This document shows positions 57,723 to 64,000 of a stretch of DNA of 64,000 nt, in pieces. A model generated the notes under the pieces. That model was not told the origin of the DNA. It did no database searches and saw only the letters and a list, made by a program, of their open reading frames with translations. Every line of letters starts with the position of its first letter. Within the stretch, counting starts at the first letter, position 1. The DNA is from the human T2T-CHM13v2.0 reference genome, Homo sapiens: the NCBI RefSeq assembly GCF_009914755.1, contig NC_060929.1; one strand, 5' to 3'. The position numbers were made by a program, and so were the translations under genes.

Positions 57723-57857
57723 CTGGGTGATCACACCTGGATGAAAGGTCTGGGTGATCACACCTGGATGAAAGGTCTGGGTGATCACACCTGGATGAAA
57801 GGTCTGGGGAATCACACCTGGATGAAAGCTCTGGGGAATCACACCTGGGTGAAAGCT
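57723..57857. repeat. 27-bp minisatellite, 5 copies
   Basis: CTGGGTGATCACACCTGGATGAAAGGT x3 plus two variant copies. Confidence 0.95.
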
Positions 57858-57861
57858 CTAG

Positions 57862-58180
<319 letters not shown>

Positions 58181-58410
58181 AGGAAAGACCATTTTTACAG
58201 GCAGTGCACACCCACCAGTGCTCAAAGGCCTTGGGTCCTCAACGATGCATTATTATAAACCTCCACGGCTCACAAGTTTTTAATACTGCACAAGCTTACT
58301 AGAGGAGATTGCCACAAGTTCACAAGAGGAGAATAGATATGTGTGTACAGAGGCTAAATGGGAGCTTACAAGATGAGAATTCACACAAGCTTATAGGAAA
58401 ATATACACAC

Positions 58411-59080
58411 AGGCTCACATGGAGAGATGCACGTGGGGCCACATAAAGAGATGCACACAGGCTCGCATGGAGAGATGCACACAGGCTCACAGGGAGAGAT
58501 GCATGAGGCTCACATGGAGAGATTACACAGGCTCACATGGGGAGATGCATGAGGCTCACATGGAGAGATTACACGGGCTCACATGGGGAGATGCATGAGG
58601 CTCACATGGAGAGATTACACAGGCTCACATGGGGAGATGCATGAGGCTCACATGGGGAGATGCATGAGGCTCACATGGAGAGATTAAACAGGCTCACATG
58701 GGGAGATGCATGAGGCTCACATGAGGAGATGCATGAGGCTCACATGGAGAGATTACACAGGCTCACATGGGGAGATGCATGAGGCTCACATGAGGAGATG
58801 CATGAGGCTCACATGAGGAGATGCATGAGGCTCACATGGAGAGATTACACAGGCTCACATGAGGAGATGCATGAGGCTCACATGAGGAGATGCATGAGGC
58901 TCACATGGAGAGATTACACAGGCTCACATGAGGAGATGCATGAGGCTCACATGAGGAGATGCATGAGGCTCACATGGAGAGATTACACAGGCTCACATGG
59001 AGAGATGCATGAGGTTTACATGGAGATTGTACATTGACTTACATGGAGACAGGCACATGTGCTCACACGGAGAGATGCTC
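58411..59080. repeat. 23-bp VNTR (AGGCTCACATGRRGAGAT[TACAC/GCATG]), ~26 clear units plus degenerate flanks
   Basis: Units decoded by hand. Confidence 0.97.
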
Positions 59081-59084
59081 ACAA

Positions 59085-59225
59085 CTGTTGGAGCCCTCAG
59101 AGGCCATCTTATCCAATTCAGTTTACAGAAGGAAAATGGAGCCAGGAAGATTAATGTCTTACTCCAGACAACCTGGCCATTTCAGGACAGTCCCAGAATT
59201 GGAGATCATGGTCATCTGACAAGAT
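59085..59225 (-). mobile_element. MIR3-like relic
   Basis: CCTCAGAGGCCATCTTATCCAA...TTTACAGAAGGAAAATGGAGCCAG. Confidence 0.55.
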
Positions 59226-59626
59226 GTGTTGTTTTTTAATCTCCATTCATACTAAAAAATTACTAAGGCACAATTTCACCCAGGGATGCTTCCGGCTTTG
59301 TGTACAAGCAGGACAAGGAGAACTGGACTGAAATCTGCGGCTCTGGGGCAGTTCCCTCAGGGCTGCCGGTTGGCTGACAAAGGAGCATCAGATAGTCCTT
59401 TTATAAGATAACTCTCTTCAGCAGTCTCACACTGGCCCACTCCAGGCCAAGGTACTCCTCCCTAAGTATCTACTGCCCGGCTTCTCTCAGGATATCCCGG
59501 TCCTGCTCACATCTCCCTGGTGAGAATGCCTGTCCTCACCCCCAACCACAGTAGGGTCCCTCTCACCCTCAGCCCCCATGCCTCCTTTAGTTTTCCTTTT
59601 AGTGTTTATGCTACATGGTATTTTAC

Positions 59627-59915
<289 letters not shown>

Positions 59916-60345
59916 TGGTATTTTACTTTTTGTGCTTTATCTTCTTTACTATCTAGAGTGTTCTCTGGGAGAGGGTAGAAAGAGAGGCAGTTTGCTTGCT
60001 GCTTTACTCTTAGTGCCTAGAACAGAGGATGGCATGTAATAGACACTCAATCAGCACAGCATGAATAAAATAATGAGTTAAACACATTTCATTTCTAAAT
60101 GCAAATATTGCTCTGTTTTGTTTGCAAAAGGCTATCTTGAAGGACATATGTTGTTACATTTAAAAAAAATTCTGGCAAGTTTCCAGAAAACAATGATCTC
60201 TTATCTTTATAGCTCACTATGGTTCCTCGAACCGTAATCATAGAATAAATGAATGACTACTGAATGGGTAAGGAAGAAGAAACATGCATTAGTTTCTCTG
60301 TGATCTCGCCACCAGCGAATTAGGCTTTCAAATGTCCATCTGCCT

Positions 60346-60668
60346 GGCTGGGCTCAGTGGCTCATGCCTGTAATCCCAACACAGGCGATTACTATGAGAT
60401 CAAGATGGGAGGATCACTTGAGATCAGGAGTTCAAAACCAGCCTGGCCAATATGGTGAAACCCCATTTCTACTAAAAATACAAATAAAGAAATAAATAAA
60501 ATTAGCCGAGCATGGTGGGTGGTGTGTGCCTGTAATCCTAGCTACTCCGGAGGCTGAGGCAGGAGAATCACTTGAGCCTGGGAAGCAGAGGTTGCAGTGA
60601 GCTGAGATGGCGCTACTCTACTCTAACCAGTGCAACAGAGTGAGACTCTGTCTCAAAAAAAAAAAAAA
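60346..60668 (+). mobile_element. AluS with rearranged left-arm segment
   Basis: Full dimer; TSD core GTCCATCT on both sides. Confidence 0.95.
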
Positions 60669-61987
60669 GTCCATCTTCTCTATTGTGAGATAAGGAGGGG
60701 GAAAGGGGACATACTCTGCAAATGCCTCCACCTGAGGACGAGCTCCAGATGACAACTGTGTGGTGTCACTGTGCCATCGGAAATTTTCATACAGCTCTCT
60801 AGACTCCTTCCGAGGGCATATTTGTAAATTATTCAGAAGTGATGGAAAATAACATTACACATAGTCTTTCATTTTCCTGACAAACTGTCTTAAAGCAAAT
60901 GCAAATGGTCATGATGCTCTTCGAGATCACTCCATGCTTGGATGAATAACCTGGGATATATAAATAATGTAGGTAATTCCAAGGAGCCTTTACCTTAAGT
61001 AACAGTTACGCTCCGTAGCCGGTCCTCAGTAAATGTTCACTGGACTAGAAGCTTCCTCCCAGTGGTGCCCACATAGACAATAAATTCCCTGAGAGGGAAG
61101 TCACCACCGCTTCACCCCGCCCCACCCCTCTTCCAGAGTTATCATGGTACAGCCAAGAGGGACCCCTGACAAGTACCTCGTACAGGTCGCCACTGACTGA
61201 ACGGTTTGAAATCAGTTATCTGGGCAGGCAAGGTGAAATATGTTTAATGCAAACCATTTTGGCAAATTGGCCAGTATGACCACCAGAAACTGATAGCTGT
61301 GAGCAGCCAGTAAGCAGTACTATGTGATCATTTGCATGAGTTTAAAATTATGTTGAAAGAGAAACAAGAAAGCTAGTCCAAATATCCAACATTTATAAAA
61401 GCAGAATCTCAATTATATTATCATTAAACCTAGATGTTTGGTTTGTATCTGAGCTTGCTGTGTCCTTTTGAACCTCCTTTCCCCACTGCCCTGCACGCCT
61501 CGTGTGTGCACGTGCACACACACACACACAGTCCACACTCTAAAATGCCTCCACTGACAACAACCTCTCTAATAATGCAGCGTGGAGAAGAGAGCTAGAA
61601 AACTGTTATCATGTTATTCCTCCAGAACTCAAGTGACAGGAGAAAATATTTTCCAGCCCTCACATCCTTGAGATGCTAAAACCTGATCTGCAGTTACTTT
61701 GGTGCTGAATACGAGTGCCTGATGGATACGGCACTGTAGCAAGACCGATGATGCCACTGTGCGAAACCATAAATTGTGCACTTATTTAAGATGATTTGAA
61801 TGCAGAACAAAAGGTACCTTGGAAATAACCATCCAGCAAACGAAACTGCATTCCTGAGTGGCTAGGCCTGAATTTAATGAAATGATGTGAAACATGTGCC
61901 TGTAGTATCTAAAAGATTTGAAATATAGGTCCTTGTTCTGTTAGGAATAGTTTGGGTTTGCATTGCTAATTAAGTTCCCAGTGAAGG

Positions 61988-62021
61988 GTGTGTGTGTGTG
62001 TGTGTGTGTTTGTGTGTGTGT
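61988..62021. repeat. (TG)n microsatellite
   Basis: Directly visible, one interruption. Confidence 0.95.
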
Positions 62022-64000
62022 ACATGCGAACACAAGTGCCTGTACATCTACTTGTGTGTATAAGCCAATAGCAAATAGCTACACAAAACACGCAATGCTA
62101 GAAACAGCATTACTATACAAGAGAACACCCTTAAGTTTCAGCATCCAGCCTGCAGGATTTGAATGCAAGCACTGAATTAAGAGGTTGCTTTAGGGATCAG
62201 GATGGTCATGACTCCCTAGTAATCACTTACCTTTGCCACTACCAGCCTCTGCATGCAAAGATATCTAACGCAGGTCCGCAGAGAATAATCTGAAAGCTAG
62301 GAGGCCACAGGGACCTTCGGGATGCAAACATTAAGACATAAAAACAAACTCAGCCAATGCGAAAAGAAAAATTAAATTACCTTTAAAAGTGTTACGAAGC
62401 CAGCTAGGAACACTAAGGAAATTTATACGAGCCTTTGCTAACTGTCTTTGCTGCTAGAATCTTAATTCCAGAAGGCACTGATGTGCAGTCCCTTCAGATT
62501 CTCGAACACACACAGGGATGAGGGTTCCACACAGGGTCAACATGCAGTTCCCACGTGAGGTGGGCCAAAACTTCAGGGAAGACAACCGTTAACAAAATAA
62601 GAGAAATGACAGCTTAAATGTGAATTTGGAGAACACCTTTTAAATTGTTTGCACAGATGTGACATTATTTACATGACAATTCCATGCTCCTCAGCACAGA
62701 GAAAATAAAACGAGTTAGACGACGTTAAAGCAACCATTAATTCTATTAATGAGTTAAGGATTGTTTCTAGAACTTTTCCGTTGCTTCATCATCTTGATAT
62801 AATTAAAAATATTTGTTATATCTGCAATGTTGTTTCAGCACCTACTGGGAAAAGCAAGTCAGAAAGAAAAAAAGTTTGCTAGTTTTCCTGGAAAAAGAAT
62901 GTTTACTCTTGTCAAAAATGTTGAAGGCCTTTGGGTTCATTTATTTAGGCTGATCCCATTAGTCAAAATGTTGAAAAATGTTTTAGGACTAAATATTTTT
63001 CCACTCCATGAAGAGCGTTGACTACAATACTTATTTCAGAAAGCAACAAAGAAATAGGCATGTATCAACCAAAAAAAAATCACTTAGCTTCTTTAACTTG
63101 ATGTTGCTACCGTTTCCTCAAACTCAGCTGAATCAGCTCCGTTTAAGTGGCAATGCTTTGGAAGCAAAAAATGATAGGTGACAGTGTGGCAAGCTCCATT
63201 TCGAAAACACAGGAGGAATTCTCTTCCCTTCTCACTCACATTTCATCACTTACTTGCAATTTCTGTAAAGTACTCTCCAAACTGGGAAAGATGAGGAGGC
63301 CGTGGGAAAGATTCTCATTCAAGAAATTCGAGACTCACCCTTTACCCTGTAAAATATTCCGTGTTGTTGATCTGTAAATAGAATTACAGCTCCACCACCA
63401 CCAAGCCGTGATGCAAAAGTGCCTGGGTGAACTAAAATTAAATGCCAATGAAAAATGCCTCTCTGCACATCAGCATCTATCTGCTTGGGCCTTTTTTGGC
63501 TTCCTCATTTGTCTTTATTTTCATTTAGAGCCACGTGGTGTACTGCCTTTCGCTCAAGGCACTCTCCCTCACAGTCGTGGGTGACTGCGTGTTGTCCTTG
63601 CCACCCACAGAGCTACATGGGGGAAAGAAATTACTTATTGATTTTCCTTTCTATGGAATGGTGTCTTTGGCTGGTTTCTTGAGACAGGGCAGTAATGCAC
63701 AGAGCCCCAGCAGTGGGGATGCAGGCAGTGTGCCACACTGGGCTACACCACCAGGGTCACCCTCTCTCACCAGGGTCACCTGCACTTAGCTCTTTCAACA
63801 AAATAAACAGCATACACTTCAAAAGTTGAAAGAATGAACAAAACAATGGTATGTTCCCATCTGAGTAGTGGAAACAGCATGATTTGAATTTTCTTTTACT
63901 CTTGTATTCTAAAAAAGGTTTGGTTGGGATGGCATACTATCTGGTTGGTTAAGGAAGTATATTTGACATTTTCAGGTTGGTCCTAAATTTAAAGTCAGAA

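Noticed and set aside
58798-59037. Repetitive 79-aa ORF (HEAHMRRCMRLTWRDYTGS...)
   Set aside because: Arises because the ACC trimer is 69 bp, a multiple of 3; no promoter or splice evidence

Overview
Primate (very likely human) non-coding genomic DNA, intronic or intergenic. It is CpG-depleted with no CpG island. I recognise no protein-coding exon, RNA gene or processed pseudogene, and no prokaryote-type system such as CRISPR or operons. The listed ORFs are chance or repeat-derived (Alu, L1, THE1, VNTR). The window is a layered transposon landscape: 16 Alus, L1 fragments of several ages, L2/MIR relics, hAT DNA-transposon fragments, a two-LTR THE1 element nested in a MER21 LTR, and several solo LTRs (LTR33, MST, MLT1, MER57, MLT2A). 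Subfamily names come from recalled consensus sequences, not from an alignment run, and boundaries of old repeats are approximate. The most unusual structures are: (1) two back-to-back perfect hairpins at 8442-8498 overlapping an Alu target site; (2) a 23-bp VNTR at 58.4-59.1 kb whose higher-order period shifts from dimer to trimer and which carries 15 TGCATG motifs and an E-box in nearly every unit; (3) two independent collapsed L1s in which the 5'UTR is fused to distal sequence inside one TSD pair; (4) a ~165-bp non-TE segment duplicated 1.1 kb away. No new biological system can be established from this sequence alone.
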